A DNA stretch of 64,000 bases from a virus. A program made the position numbers and the translations under genes. The stretch covers positions 39,403-103,402 of the IMG/VR virus record IMGVR_UViG_3300033489_000004, one strand, 5' to 3'. The notes under the pieces were generated by a model, which was not told where the DNA came from, ran no database searches, and saw nothing but the letters and a program-made list of their open reading frames with translations. Below, in pieces: positions 9,291-19,993 of the stretch; position 1 is the first letter of the stretch; every line of letters starts with the position of its first letter.

Positions 9291-11091
9291 ATGGATATCA
9301 AAAGCTATGGGAGAAAGACAATGGATAATAAGGTAAAAGAGGCTGTAGAAAGGTATCAATGTTCTGGTTGTGTAACTGGATCTGATACTACCTGTTATTT
9401 ACATGCGGATGATTTAGGATGTGTTTATCATGTCGTAGGAACTAGCCTATTAGGAGTAGGGAATTTTTATCTTGGAATGCCTCGCGGTTTTGATAGACTG
9501 GGGATGGCAAAAACACCTATTCAAATATTTAAAACATTAAAATATGGGTGGAAATACGGTAAATTTAATGCTCCTGTTTGGAAGTACTTAGATAACTACG
9601 GTAATACCCTAGTTAGAGGAATTATGCCCAGGTTAAATCTACCTTTTTTGCACATTTTCTTAGGGGATTTTATGAAAGATATTGACTGTATAGAAATAAC
9701 AGCAAAAGATATGGAGGAGATGGATTAATGTATAAAGATTTAGATGGTAAGTTTTGTTCAGAAAATAAGGTGCTTGGGTATGATAGTATACATACTCCAA
9801 TTAGAGCGGGCTATCAAGGTTATGTATCCTATGATAAAGATTTTCCTAATCATTTTATTGCTGGAACATCTTTACCAGAAAAGGGAAGTTTAATATTTCA
9901 AATATCTTTTTATGCTAAGTCTGGCAAGCAAGCAATAAGCGGAATTCAATATCTTACCAGTTTAGCAAGAAAGCATAGTCCTTGGAATAAAGCTAGTCAA
10001 ATCCCAAGAGAAAGGATAAATAATGTACTCTAAAGACTTTGTATTGAGTTGCCCCGGTGTATACTGGAAAATGGAAAAAGGTCAGTATTATATGGTAACA
10101 TCTCTAAGTAGGATCGGTATAGTTTACAGGGCGGATTGTTGAAAAACATAGGAGGAATAATGATTGATTGGAATAGCTTTATTGCCGGTGTAACTATAGG
10201 TATTTCTATAGCAGCTATTATGTTTAACATAATAAGGTGGAGGTTAAGATGAGTTATAGCTATGAGGAGATAAAAGACAAAAAGTATCTACCTGGGATAA
10301 TATGTCCCCATACACCATAGGTATACAAACATGAAAAATGATTATATAGTAATAGAAGAGATATTAAACAGAAAGTTTGGTAGAAAGGTCTGTTATGCTT
10401 GTGGTAATATCCAGGAGCACAGGTTAATCTTTTGTCGTATTTGTGGCCGGAAATTTGGGTGGACACATCCCGAATGGACAGTACTGGAAGCAATAAAAAT
10501 AATTGAAAACAGTAATGGTACAAGTGGCATAACTATGGATTTCTTTTATAATATTCAATATGACAGGTATCTAAAAGCAGTAACGACCCAAGATTTTTAT
10601 AGGGGATATGTAACAGCAAGAATAACCTAGGGTAGTTTAAAATTAATTTTTGGTAACTAGTAAAAATGTCAGTATCAAATTAAACAAAATTAAAGAAAGG
10701 TACAGTTGGTAGCCTAATGGAATATAATTATGAAGAAGCAAAAGACAAGTATAGAGACCCAGTATTTAGACTTCTAAAGCAGGGGGTATCTACAAAAACT
10801 ATAGCTTTTAGTCTTTCTTTGCCGGAAATAATAGTAGAGGAGTTAGCAAATGAATATTATGTTGAACTTTTACTAGAAGCTAAGAAAAAAGGAAAGCCAG
10901 AAATAATGGGAGGGTTTTTATCAAGAAACTATAACCAAGATTTTTTTCTTGAAAAAGACTATGTTCAGTTAACAAACGACGCAAAAGAACTATTTGAATT
11001 ATGCAATGGAAAGGAACCAACAGAAGAAGAAATAAAAGTAGAAGCAAAAAAAGGTGTTGCAAGATTAGAAGAATATTTGAAAGAAGTATAA
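9291..11091 (+). CDS. hypothetical phage genes (9291-9728, 9728-10033, 10331-10630, 10717-11091)
   Basis: ORF track; co-oriented with overlapping start/stop codons. Confidence 0.6.
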
Positions 11092-11448
11092 AATGAAATT
11101 AATCATAAAAGTGCATAGTCCTGTTAGGGTGTTTACTAGTATAGTCGCCGACAACCCAAAACCTGATGAGGTAGGTTCAGAGAAATTCTTGATAAGGATT
11201 TAACAAACCTTCACTTTAATCTAGCAGACAACGCTACAGTGTTTTTTCAAAAAGGCTTATTAGAAAATTCGGCTATAGAAATAATAGAGGAGAATTAAAA
11301 TGAAAAAACAAGTAGGTAGTTTAGAATTTTTTATCTTTTTTCGTCCAACAGGATATTTTTTTCTAAGGAAGGGGTACCGTGTTTATAGGTTGAAAAAAGG
11401 ATCTTTAATAGATATTGGTGCCATTACTATTGGATACGAGGTAAAACA

Positions 11449-11808
11449 ATGAAAAAATTTGAAGATTTGGTTGGCAAGGTTCTCTCAAACGTGGAGAATA
11501 ATTCAGATGAAATTATTTTCACGCTCGAAACAGGTGAGAAATACAAACTCTATCACAACCAAGATTGTTGTGAGTCTGTTTCTGTCGAAGATGTCATTGG
11601 TGATTTGAATGTTTTGATTGGTTCGCCTATCCTCATGGCGGAAGAAGCATCACAGTCAGAAAATCCCGAAGGCCTCTCTATAGAAGACCAACGGAGTTTT
11701 ACTTGGACATTCTATAAATTGGCAACAATCAAGGGGTATGTCACAATCCGCTGGTATGGCGAAAGTAATGGCTATTACAGTGAGTCTGTTGATTGGGGCG
11801 TTGCCTAA
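11449..11808 (+). CDS. conserved phage protein with HxQDCCExV motif
   Basis: [14 protein letters not shown]...TWTFYKL...[13 protein letters not shown]; paralog at 5273. Confidence 0.8.
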   Translation: MKKFEDLVGKVLSNVENNSDEIIFTLETGEKYKLYHNQDCCESVSVEDVIGDLNVLIGSPILMAEEASQSENPEGLSIEDQRSFTWTFYKLATIKGYVTIRWYGESNGYYSESVDWGVA

Positions 11809-12283
11809 CCACGTGGAGACATTATTATTGGGTTAGAAAGGAAAATGAGATGACAAAACGAAAGAAAACTAAAATAAAAATAGAAACCTACTTTAATCTA
11901 TATATTTGTGCCCCGACCCTAAAAGAAGCTATAGCAGAGTTGAAAAAAGCAGTAGAAACTGCTAAGATTAAGATAACGGCTTTAAAGGATTTTGTTAGAG
12001 TAAATGACATACACTACTATTTTGATGTAGGGGTGAGAAATGAAAAATCATAACTGGGTAGTTTCATTTATTGATAAAAAAGAAATAGTAATATCTGCTG
12101 GAACAGCCATAGAGGCTAAGATATTAGCTCAAGCGGAGAGAATAAACCTGGGGGAAACCTTCTGTGTAAATAAGGTTGAATTGGGGGAGGGCTAATGGAC
12201 TTACAATGGTTTGTTGACGTATTACAGACTGTCTGTATAATAGGAGTATTTGTTTTGGTGTGCATTCAAATAAAGGATAAGTA

Positions 12284-12514
12284 ATGAGAAAAGCCCCTAG
12301 ATTTTTGGTTAACCAGGATTTTGAAAATGCAATAAGAGACAATGAAAGATTCCGAATAATTGACATAGGACTATGGAAAGAAGCCGGTTTCACAGAAGAA
12401 GAGATATCAAATTTGTTGGTGGTTAGTCAGTCTGAGGTAAGAAGATGTATCAGAAAAGTTAAAAATCTAGTGGGAAAAGGTAGTGTAAAAGACCTGTTGA
12501 CAAACCTAAAATAG
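12284..12514 (+). CDS. small sigma70-region-4-like HTH protein
   Basis: GFTEEEISNLLVVSQSEVRRCIRK resembles an HTH. Confidence 0.5.
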   Translation: MRKAPRFLVNQDFENAIRDNERFRIIDIGLWKEAGFTEEEISNLLVVSQSEVRRCIRKVKNLVGKGSVKDLLTNLK

Positions 12515-12525
12515 TGTGCTAGAAT
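12497..12525 (+). promoter_or_regulatory. sigma70-type promoter
   Basis: TTGACA-N17-TAGAAT with extended -10 TG. Confidence 0.7.
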
Positions 12526-12545
12526 AAAAAAAGAGGTAATTAGGA

Positions 12546-13615
12546 ATGGCAAAATCAAAATATGGTACGCTGGTTGTATATCAAGATGTAAACGAAGTTA
12601 TTATTTGCCGCCTGGAAGATGAAAAACAGATGGTCAAAGAGTATTTTACAGAGGGGGGTAGGGTTTTAGAGGAGTATGATAAAACTGAAATAAATGATGC
12701 TGTGCCAGTATGTTCTAAGGTACTGCTATTTTAGGGAGGAACTATGAGTACTGACGACGGTATTTATATAGCTAAGTTTCTAGATGGTTTTCGAGTAACA
12801 TATTCTCAAGCAATACGTAATATAGACTATTATCCCGAAGGAAGTAAAGAACGAAAGGAGGAACTAAAACGGTACTTTAAATATAGCCCTATATTTGAAA
12901 CTGTGGGAAGAGCCGAAAGATTTGCACGTTTCTTAAAACATAAAGAAACAACCGCTTACTGTAAGAATCCGGAATATGGTATAAGTTATATTGGAGAGTA
13001 TGAAAGTTGGGAATAAAACAAAATAACTGATAATGTTAGATAAAGTAGGTGCATTGAAAGTGTTCTATAAGAATATGTCCTGGAAAGCTTGGAGTGCCGG
13101 AGTAAGCTATGTTAAAAAAGTAGTTAACAAAGCTAAAGGAGAGCAAGATGAAGATTAGAGATTTAAAGCATGGACAAAGCTGTACCTGTGTTATTGACGA
13201 AACTTGGGTTGATGATGCTAGAATATCTATTAATGGCCTTAAAGTATTTATTTGCCAAAATGTTATACGAGGAGTAATGGCAACAGACCAATTAGGCTAT
13301 GAGTATGGTTGGATGATTGGTCATGTTGATGATGGGGATTTAGAAGAAGTTATAGCCTCTTGGGGTGTAACGGACTTTAAGCTTGTAGAAGACGAAAAAC
13401 CTACAACTACAGCAGGACTTGATTTTATACGAGGGAATATTTCTGCGGCAACAACCCCGTTAAAAACAAGTGTATTTGATCTTGGAATGGGTAATAGACT
13501 AGAAATAACTAAACCTAAAATCAAAATAATTAATAAGTATACAAAAACAGAAAATAGTCTATCTGATAGTGAGATAATAGCCCTTCGAGACGTTTTAAAT
13601 AGGCTATTTTCATAA
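12546..13615 (+). CDS. hypothetical phage genes (12546-12734, 12744-13016, 13148-13615)
   Basis: ORF track; RBSs. Confidence 0.6.
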
Positions 13616-13677
13616 GGTGATTATATGTTTGTAATTGAAAAATACTATAAACCAATAAAAAAAGTTTACTCAAAAAT

Positions 13678-13705
13678 TAAAGTTTAAGACAAAAAATGCC
13701 GATAA
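13678..13705 (+). promoter_or_regulatory. sigma28-type promoter driving tRNA-Leu
   Basis: TAAA(GTTT)-N16-GCCGATAA ending 7 nt before the tRNA 5' end. Confidence 0.7.
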
Positions 13706-13712
13706 TAGAGTT

Positions 13713-13797
13713 GTCCCAGTGTTGTAATTTGGTAGCTGAGCAGGACTTAAAATTCTGTGGCCATAAGGTCGTGCTGGTTCGAGTCCAGCCTGGGACA
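13713..13797 (+). tRNA. tRNA-Leu(TAA), CCA not encoded
   Basis: acceptor GTCCCAG/CTGGGAC, anticodon arm CAGGA-CTTAAAA-TTCTG, long variable arm, T arm GCTGG-TTCGAGT-CCAGC, discriminator A. Confidence 0.9.
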
Positions 13798-13954
13798 CGA
13801 AAGGAGAAACAACAATGAATATGAGTATTAGTTTATTTGGTTCTGGTGGATATTTTCATATTTGGATATCCTTTAGAAAACAAATTGTTCTATCTATTAC
13901 TATAGATTCTTTGTTTGTGGAACTAGTAGTATTTAATAAAAAAGTAGTAGAAAA

Positions 13955-15688
13955 ATGGTTTTAAAAGACAGAGAAATTCTTTATGATGAAGACGCGATAT
14001 TAGCAGATAGGATTATTTCTGTTATTGAGCTAAGAAAACGTTGGATAACAGTAAAGTTTCCTTGGGACTATACTATATACGCTAAAGTGTCTTCTCTACC
14101 GGTGCGCCAATGGGATAAAGCTAATAAAGTATGGAAAATTCCCTGTGAACTATCCTCAATTAATCTCCTGCTTGATTATCTGAAAGATTTTCCTATTTCT
14201 GGAAGCTTCGTTAAGCTATATGAGGAATTATTGACAAAAGAAGCTAAACTAGCTACACAAAAAGAAAAACTAGCAAATACTCAAAATAATCTGTCTACTA
14301 AACTCAATATTGATTTGAAACTAGCCCTTTTTCCTTTTCAAAAAGCCGGGGTTAGCGCAATTAATGTAGCTGATGGTAAAGTATTACTAGCTGATGAACA
14401 AGGTATTGGCAAAACATGTCAAGCCATTGCTTATTGTCACCAGCATAATCTGAAGACTCTTGTAGTATGTCCGGCTTTTCTTCGCTATGTTTGGGACGGG
14501 GAAATAAAGAAATTTACTAATAGAAGCGTAAAGCTTTTGGATAAAGAAAATGTTAAAAATCAAACAGACTTTACGGTTGTGAGTTATACAAGTTTAAAGA
14601 AGTATACAAAAGAATTACTGAAGCAGAATTTTGACTGTGTTATACTGGATGAGGCAACCCATATAAAAAATCCCCGCGCCGCCAGAACTAAAGAAACCCA
14701 CAAACTAAAAACAATAGATAAAAGATTAGTTCTTACAGGAACCCCGGCTTTAAATAGACCTGCTGAATTATTTAGTCTTCTTAATTTTATAGATAAGGAT
14801 AAGTGGAGTTCTTTTTGGGAGTTTGCAGCTAAGTACTGTGATTTGAAATTAGTAGAGTTTGATAAAAAGGATGGCAGCCATGTTAAATTTTGGGACTATA
14901 ACGGGGCCTCTAATCTAAAGGAATTACACGAGGAACTATCTACTGTAATGATTAGAAGAAAAAAAGAAGATGTCTTGCCGGATCTTCCAGAAAAGCTTAT
15001 ATCGGATATTTATTTGGATCTTCCCCCAGAGGGAATAAAAGAGTATAATCAAGCCTATGATGATTTTATAGGTTATCTAAAAGAGCAGGGAAAATTGCCT
15101 TCAGATGAGCGAGATTCTACAGCTATTCATCTTACTAAGCTAACTACTCTGAAACAGATATTGTCAAACTATAAACTAGAGTTTGTAGAAGAGTTTATTG
15201 AAGAATTGGGGGATTCTAAGGCACTAATATTCTCTCAGTACCTAGCTCCATTATATGCTCTTCAAAAGCAATATAAGGATTCCTCTGTAACCATTACAGG
15301 AAAAGACTCTGATAAGATTAGAGATATGCGGGTTAGGCAATTTCAAAATGATGAAAGGATTAGATTGTTTTTAGGGAGCATCAAGGCTTCCGGTATGGGT
15401 ATTACACTTACAGCAGCAGATAAAGTCCTGTTTATTAATCTATTATGGACTCCAGCGGATCACGACCAGGCGATGGACAGATGCCACAGAATAGGGTCAA
15501 AGAACTGCATAAATGCCTATTTCCCGGTATTTCGGGGAACTATCGAGGAGGATATATTGGAAATCCTTAACGAAAAAAGAAAAGTAATCTCCCAAATACT
15601 TGGAGAAGAAGACAATAGAAAACTCCGAAAGGATGTCTATAAAAAGTTTATTAGTAAGGTTAAGAAAAGAGAGAAGATTACAGAATGA
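13955..15688 (+). CDS. SNF2-family (SMARCAL1/HARP-like) helicase
   Basis: LLADEQGIGKT, ILDEATHIKN, LTGTP, GITLTAAD, WTPADHDQAMDRCHRIG. Confidence 0.92.
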   Translation: MVLKDREILYDEDAILADRIISVIELRKRWITVKFPWDYTIYAKVSSLPVRQWDKANKVWKIPCELSSINLLLDYLKDFPISGSFVKLYEELLTKEAKLATQKEKLANTQNNLSTKLNIDLKLALFPFQKAGVSAINVADGKVLLADEQGIGKTCQAIAYCHQHNLKTLVVCPAFLRYVWDGEIKKFTNRSVKLLDKENVKNQTDFTVVSYTSLKKYTKELLKQNFDCVILDEATHIKNPRAARTKETHKLKTIDKRLVLTGTPALNRPAELFSLLNFIDKDKWSSFWEFAAKYCDLKLVEFDKKDGSHVKFWDYNGASNLKELHEELSTVMIRRKKEDVLPDLPEKLISDIYLDLPPEGIKEYNQAYDDFIGYLKEQGKLPSDERDSTAIHLTKLTTLKQILSNYKLEFVEEFIEELGDSKALIFSQYLAPLYALQKQYKDSSVTITGKDSDKIRDMRVRQFQNDERIRLFLGSIKASGMGITLTAADKVLFINLLWTPADHDQAMDRCHRIGSKNCINAYFPVFRGTIEEDILEILNEKRKVISQILGEEDNRKLRKDVYKKFISKVKKREKITE

Positions 15689-16023
15689 GCTTAAAACTTC
15701 TTGGTAGGGACGAAAAAGGTAGAAAAAGATATACTGATAAATGTGGGTATGTTAAAGTAAGAATTCAAACAGGTAGGACAAAAATAAATATAAGGGGTCA
15801 AGTGAGAAAGATAACTAAATTAAGATTTGAGCATAAGCTAGTAATTGAGGAAGCTTTAGGTATTGAGCTTCCTTCTTATACGTCTATTCACCATAAAGGT
15901 ATTAAATATCCCATCGGTAGTCGGAAAAATAAGCAAGACAATAGGCTTATCAATTTAAAAATTTACTACAAAGATGACCATTATAAAAAAGAGCACCAGC
16001 TTGAAAAGATAGGCACTAAGTAG
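15685..16023 (+). CDS. HNH homing endonuclease
   Basis: EHKLVIE...IHHKG...KQDNRLINL. Confidence 0.75.
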   Translation: MSLKLLGRDEKGRKRYTDKCGYVKVRIQTGRTKINIRGQVRKITKLRFEHKLVIEEALGIELPSYTSIHHKGIKYPIGSRKNKQDNRLINLKIYYKDDHYKKEHQLEKIGTK

Positions 16024-16029
16024 TATAAT
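16001..16029 (+). promoter_or_regulatory. sigma70-type promoter
   Basis: TTGAAA-N17-TATAAT upstream of 16060. Confidence 0.65.
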
Positions 16030-16059
16030 AGTATTAGAAGTTAAAAAATAGGAGGTATA

Positions 16060-16686
16060 ATGTACAAATTTCTTAAAACAGGAATGAAAAGCAGTTTTGG
16101 AAATCAGGTTTGGAAAAAGAATATTTGGTATACAATTGACGGCCCATTGTCAATTTGTAACAAAGGATTTCATTGTAGTAAAGAAATTCAACAGGCATTT
16201 TCTTGGGTGCAAGGAAGGTATCTTTGTATTGTAGAGGTTAGAGGAGATAGCATTATTCACAAGGATAAGCAGTGCTGGTCTGAAATGAGGGTTACAGAAG
16301 CCTATCCTTGGAAAAAGAAAGACTCTGTAGCCATAGCTATCTATGCTGCTGAATTAGTTATTGATAATTTTGAAACGGAATACCCAAACGATAATAGACC
16401 AAGAAAAGCCATAGAAGCAGCAAAGGCATACTTGAAAAATCCTTGTAAAAGAACCAAGGATGCTGCTGCTGATGCTGCTGATGCTGCTCATGCTGCTGCT
16501 GATGCTGCTCATGCTGCTGCTCGTGCTGCTGCTTGGTCTATTGCTAGATCTGCTGAGTCTGCTGCTTGGTCTGCTTGGTCTGCTTGGTCTATTGCTAGAT
16601 CTGCTGCTAGATCTGCTGAAGTACTGCAGCAAATTGAGGGGTGGTTTCAAAATTGGCTACAAGAGAAAAGAGCTAAAAATGTATAG
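16060..16686 (+). CDS. conserved phage protein with Ala-rich low-complexity C-terminus
   Basis: C.KGFHC, D.RPRKAIEAA, then AAADAA repeats; GGAGG RBS. Confidence 0.75.
   Translation: MYKFLKTGMKSSFGNQVWKKNIWYTIDGPLSICNKGFHCSKEIQQAFSWVQGRYLCIVEVRGDSIIHKDKQCWSEMRVTEAYPWKKKDSVAIAIYAAELVIDNFETEYPNDNRPRKAIEAAKAYLKNPCKRTKDAAADAADAAHAAADAAHAAARAAAWSIARSAESAAWSAWSAWSIARSAARSAEVLQQIEGWFQNWLQEKRAKNV
16459..16620 (+). repeat. GCT-rich tandem repeat encoding the Ala tract
   Basis: (GATGCTGCT)n, (TGGTCTGCT)n, AGATCTGCTGCT units. Confidence 0.8.
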
Positions 16687-16728
16687 CTTTTATAGAGGAT
16701 CTAAAATAGTATTAGGAGGATAAAATAA

Positions 16729-17019
16729 ATGGTCTCTTCGTTTCATCGAGGGCATAAAACAATAACAGGCAAAGATCTAAGGTGGAGATATGCCGACACA
16801 GAAAGATTAGTCCCTATTAATCCTTCAAAAGAAAGGCCCTGTAAACTATGTGGCAAAAAGCCAACTAGGGGTGGTGATGATTGGTGTCTTGGACATCTTC
16901 CAGGAGTTTTGTTTGCTTGTTGTGGTCATGGTGTTGAAGAAGGCTATATTCTTTTTGAAAACGGCATAAGAATAAGCGGAAAGTTTACAGTAGAAAGATT
17001 TAATAAAAGGCGTAAGTAA
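16729..17019 (+). CDS. conserved phage protein
   Basis: RPC..CG...D.CLG.LPGV..ACCGHG. Confidence 0.65.
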   Translation: MVSSFHRGHKTITGKDLRWRYADTERLVPINPSKERPCKLCGKKPTRGGDDWCLGHLPGVLFACCGHGVEEGYILFENGIRISGKFTVERFNKRRK

Positions 17020-17789
17020 TGAATCTTAAAGAAGAATTTCTAAATGAATTGAAAGTTATTGGTTTTTCAAGATATACGACAATTAACTATAGTTCAGATA
17101 TTTCCAAACTGGAAAAAAACGGACTAGAAAATATTGAATATAACAATCTACGAAATATTGTATTAGAGACATTAGGAAATATTCCCAATCTTCGCTCAAG
17201 ATCAAGAGCATTAAGTTGCTATAAATCCTTTTCTCGGTGGCTATATGACAACGAATATACGGATAAAGACACTTTAAAGTCCCTAAAGTCAATCAAAGTA
17301 CCTAAAGTCCTTTTAAAAATTCCTAAAATTCAAAAAAGACCTATTCATAGTGAGTTTAAAAGCAAAAATTCGTTATATCAGACAATTATTGACACTCTAG
17401 AGCAGACAGGGGTGCGAGTAGGGGAATTGAGTCGATTAACTTTAGGAAATCTTAAAGAAGAAAGTATTATTGTATTCGGTAAAGGTTCTAAGGAAAGAGA
17501 AATACCTTGCAATAAAAAATTAGTCCTAGACATTCAAAGGGAATTGGGGATACATAAGCATTTTCCCTCTACTTCACAAATATTTAGGATCGTTAAGAAA
17601 TATCTAGGGGTATCGCCGCATAAGCTACGCCACAATTTTGCCAAAAAATTAGCTGCTTCTGGGGCTAATGGTTTTACTATAATGCAACTGCTTGGGCATA
17701 GCTCAATTTCAACCTCTCAGATTTATATAAATCTTGCAAATGATAAAAGCCTAAAGAAAGCTGTTGAAAAAGCTAATGAGAGAACGTAG
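17019..17789 (+). CDS. compact XerC/D-like tyrosine recombinase
   Basis: TGVRVGEL, GKGSKER, PHKLRH, LLGH, QIY: full R-K-H-R-H-Y set. Confidence 0.9.
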   Translation: MNLKEEFLNELKVIGFSRYTTINYSSDISKLEKNGLENIEYNNLRNIVLETLGNIPNLRSRSRALSCYKSFSRWLYDNEYTDKDTLKSLKSIKVPKVLLKIPKIQKRPIHSEFKSKNSLYQTIIDTLEQTGVRVGELSRLTLGNLKEESIIVFGKGSKEREIPCNKKLVLDIQRELGIHKHFPSTSQIFRIVKKYLGVSPHKLRHNFAKKLAASGANGFTIMQLLGHSSISTSQIYINLANDKSLKKAVEKANERT

Positions 17790-17961
17790 TTACTCAAAGA
17801 ATAAAAAATGTGTTGATTGTAATAAACTAATTAGTAATAAATCTACTCGATGCAATAGATGTAGTACAATATTTTGCTATAGTAGAATAAAAACAGAGTA
17901 TAAAAATAAAGATTGGCTTTATCAAAAATATATAACAGAAAAAAGACAATTGAAAGCATAG
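17764..17961 (+). pseudogene. truncated N-terminal remnant of an HNH endonuclease
   Basis: KCVDC..I...S.RC..CS matches 49342-49911 and KDWLYQKYITEK matches 22767/45747; no HNH core. Confidence 0.55.
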
Positions 17962-17984
17962 CAAAAGAGTTATAAGGAAGAATA

Positions 17985-18989
17985 ATGCTTAATCTTGATA
18001 AGTTAAAAGAAAAGTTTAATAGTTTAAGCGGAAACTATTCTTTTCAAACCAATAAGTTGAGACCCAAGGATTTTGATTCATATATCGGAAATTCTAATGC
18101 CAAGAATCTAGTACAGATGACTCTATTATCTTGTCAAAAACAAAATAAGCCGTTCCCCCACGTTTTAATTGCAGGGCAGTCGGGGACAGGAAAAACATCC
18201 TTGGCTATGCTTATAGCCGCATACCAGAAAGGTTCTATAATTGATTGTCAGATGCCCGTGAATTATGACGAATGGGTTGCTTCTATAGTTAGAATCCCTG
18301 CTCGGTATCCTGGCGACGGTTTTTCTGTACTAATAGCTGATGAGATCCACTTACAATCCCGAAAACAGCCAGAAACACTTTATTCTATACTAGAAGAAAA
18401 TTTTATCATTATTAATGGGGAAAGATGTTATGTTCCTTCATTTACTGCGGTCGGGTGTACTACTGAAATAGGGGAGATAACCCCCCCGCTTAGAAATAGG
18501 TTTTCTTTACTTATACAATTAGATAAGCTAACCCTAGAAGACATGAAAAAAGTAACCTTGCAAGGAGCAAATAAATATGATATTGATATTACAGATAAAG
18601 CAGTTGAGCTGATAGCTAGGGTTAGTAATAGTATACCTAGAGATTGTAATAGCTATTTAACGCACTGCCTAAATCTTTCAAAGGCATTAGAATCAAATAG
18701 TATAGATGAAGAAACAGTTCAAACAGTATTTTCTCTCTTAAAAGTAAATGAAGATGGGATAGATCTTTCCTGTATTAACTATTTGAAAATCTTGCGAGAT
18801 GTTTTCAAAATGGAAAAGACAGGGATTCGTACTATAGCAGCTACCATAGGGGAAAATCCTGCCACTATCGAGCTAATAATAGAGCCAAAGCTACTGAATT
18901 TGGGCTTGATTGTTAAAACTCCTCGTGGTAGAATGCTAGTAGACAAGGGATTAGATTATCTTGAGTCTGATAAAGTAAAGGAGATTTAA
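17985..18989 (+). CDS. ruvB: Holliday junction branch-migration ATPase RuvB-like
   Basis: LRPKDFDSYIG, GQSGTGKT, DEIH, PLRNRF, IEPKLL, KTPRGR. Confidence 0.88.
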   Translation: MLNLDKLKEKFNSLSGNYSFQTNKLRPKDFDSYIGNSNAKNLVQMTLLSCQKQNKPFPHVLIAGQSGTGKTSLAMLIAAYQKGSIIDCQMPVNYDEWVASIVRIPARYPGDGFSVLIADEIHLQSRKQPETLYSILEENFIIINGERCYVPSFTAVGCTTEIGEITPPLRNRFSLLIQLDKLTLEDMKKVTLQGANKYDIDITDKAVELIARVSNSIPRDCNSYLTHCLNLSKALESNSIDEETVQTVFSLLKVNEDGIDLSCINYLKILRDVFKMEKTGIRTIAATIGENPATIELIIEPKLLNLGLIVKTPRGRMLVDKGLDYLESDKVKEI

Positions 18990-19185
18990 TGATTAGAGAA
19001 TTAGCTGTTTATGAAGTAACAATAGAATACAATAACCATTTGTCTCCAACTATAACGGAAACAATATCCGGGGACAGTATTACAGCAGCTGAGGGTGTGT
19101 TAAACTATTATTCTAATCTTAAAGATTAGATTGATAAAGTAAGTGTAAAATATGTTAAGAGAATCTATAAGGAGAGTGTTTAGTT

Positions 19186-19569
19186 ATGTCAGGGTGGATG
19201 GATAATGCTGTGGTAGGATCTATTGCAAGACAGTACAACTATTCTACGGGTTTTAGTGCCTTAGCTATAGAAGAAAAGAAAATGGCTACCACACTAGAAA
19301 ATAGAGCTGTAGCTGATGGTCAGGTGTATAAACCATTAGGATCTCTTGATCAAATAGAAGTTAAGTATATGTTTGATGGGAATTTTACAGCTTGTATTGT
19401 ACTTGACCAAGGTAAAGAATCTGTAGGAATTGCAAAAAGAGCTGCGAGCCTGGACAATTATAATAAAGAAACTGGTAAAAAGGTGGCTTTCAGGAGCGCA
19501 GTAAACCATCTTTTGGGTGTTAGTAATAAATACACTAGACAGCATAGTTCTAGGAAATACTATGGATAA
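19186..19569 (+). CDS. hypothetical phage protein
   Basis: VGIAKRA..DNYNKETGKKVA is a common phage motif. Confidence 0.6.
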   Translation: MSGWMDNAVVGSIARQYNYSTGFSALAIEEKKMATTLENRAVADGQVYKPLGSLDQIEVKYMFDGNFTACIVLDQGKESVGIAKRAASLDNYNKETGKKVAFRSAVNHLLGVSNKYTRQHSSRKYYG

Positions 19570-19880
19570 AAAGGGTTCCGATTGTGTTGGTATTTGGATA
19601 AATGGATCTAGGATAACTTGTCCTAACTGTTACACAATAGTAGAACCAACACAACAACATATAGCAAAATGCCCCAATTGTCTAATAAGTTATGAGGGAC
19701 AAAACTTGAAAAACTTATGTGATAAAAGGATATCCAAATGAGTTATATAAATAGTTTTCTATCCCTGCGCTGCTCATGCGCCAGGCGTTCGGCACACAGA
19801 GAGAAAAGGAGTAGGGGATGAGACAAATGAAGCATAGAGCTCTTGTCGTTCCCCTCAGACAACTTTCTGAGTCACAAATG

Positions 19881-19992
19881 ATCCCGTTCGGTAATCTTTG
19901 AAGCAAAAAGACTTGCGTTCGCCAAAATATTACCGCACGGTAAGTTATTGCTTGACAGGCACTCAATAGTGTGATATATTCCCTATCGGTAA
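19881..19992 (+). promoter_or_regulatory. sigma70 promoter plus three palindromic operators
   Basis: TTGACA (19952)-N17-TATATT; ATCCCGTTCGGTAA 19881, TTACCGCACGGTAA 19930, TTCCCTATCGGTAA 19979 (49-nt period). Confidence 0.7.
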
Positions 19993-19993
19993 C

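Noticed and set aside
11093-11298. Two overlapping frames that look like one frameshifted gene
   Set aside because: No slippery motif or recognisable family; probably decay or an indel error. This is also a caution for the other recoding candidates.
16354-16723. Leu-rich and Ser-rich ORFs and a possible repeat array
   Set aside because: These are shadow frames of the Ala-codon repeat in 16060-16686. There are no spacers, so it is not CRISPR.
18989-19183. Short ORF with an internal TAG (19127) and plausible continuation, suggesting TAG reassignment
   Set aside because: Many genes end in TAG directly before the next RBS or start (e.g. 5644, 5901) and long genes are uninterrupted in code 11. 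An isolated nonsense change is more likely.
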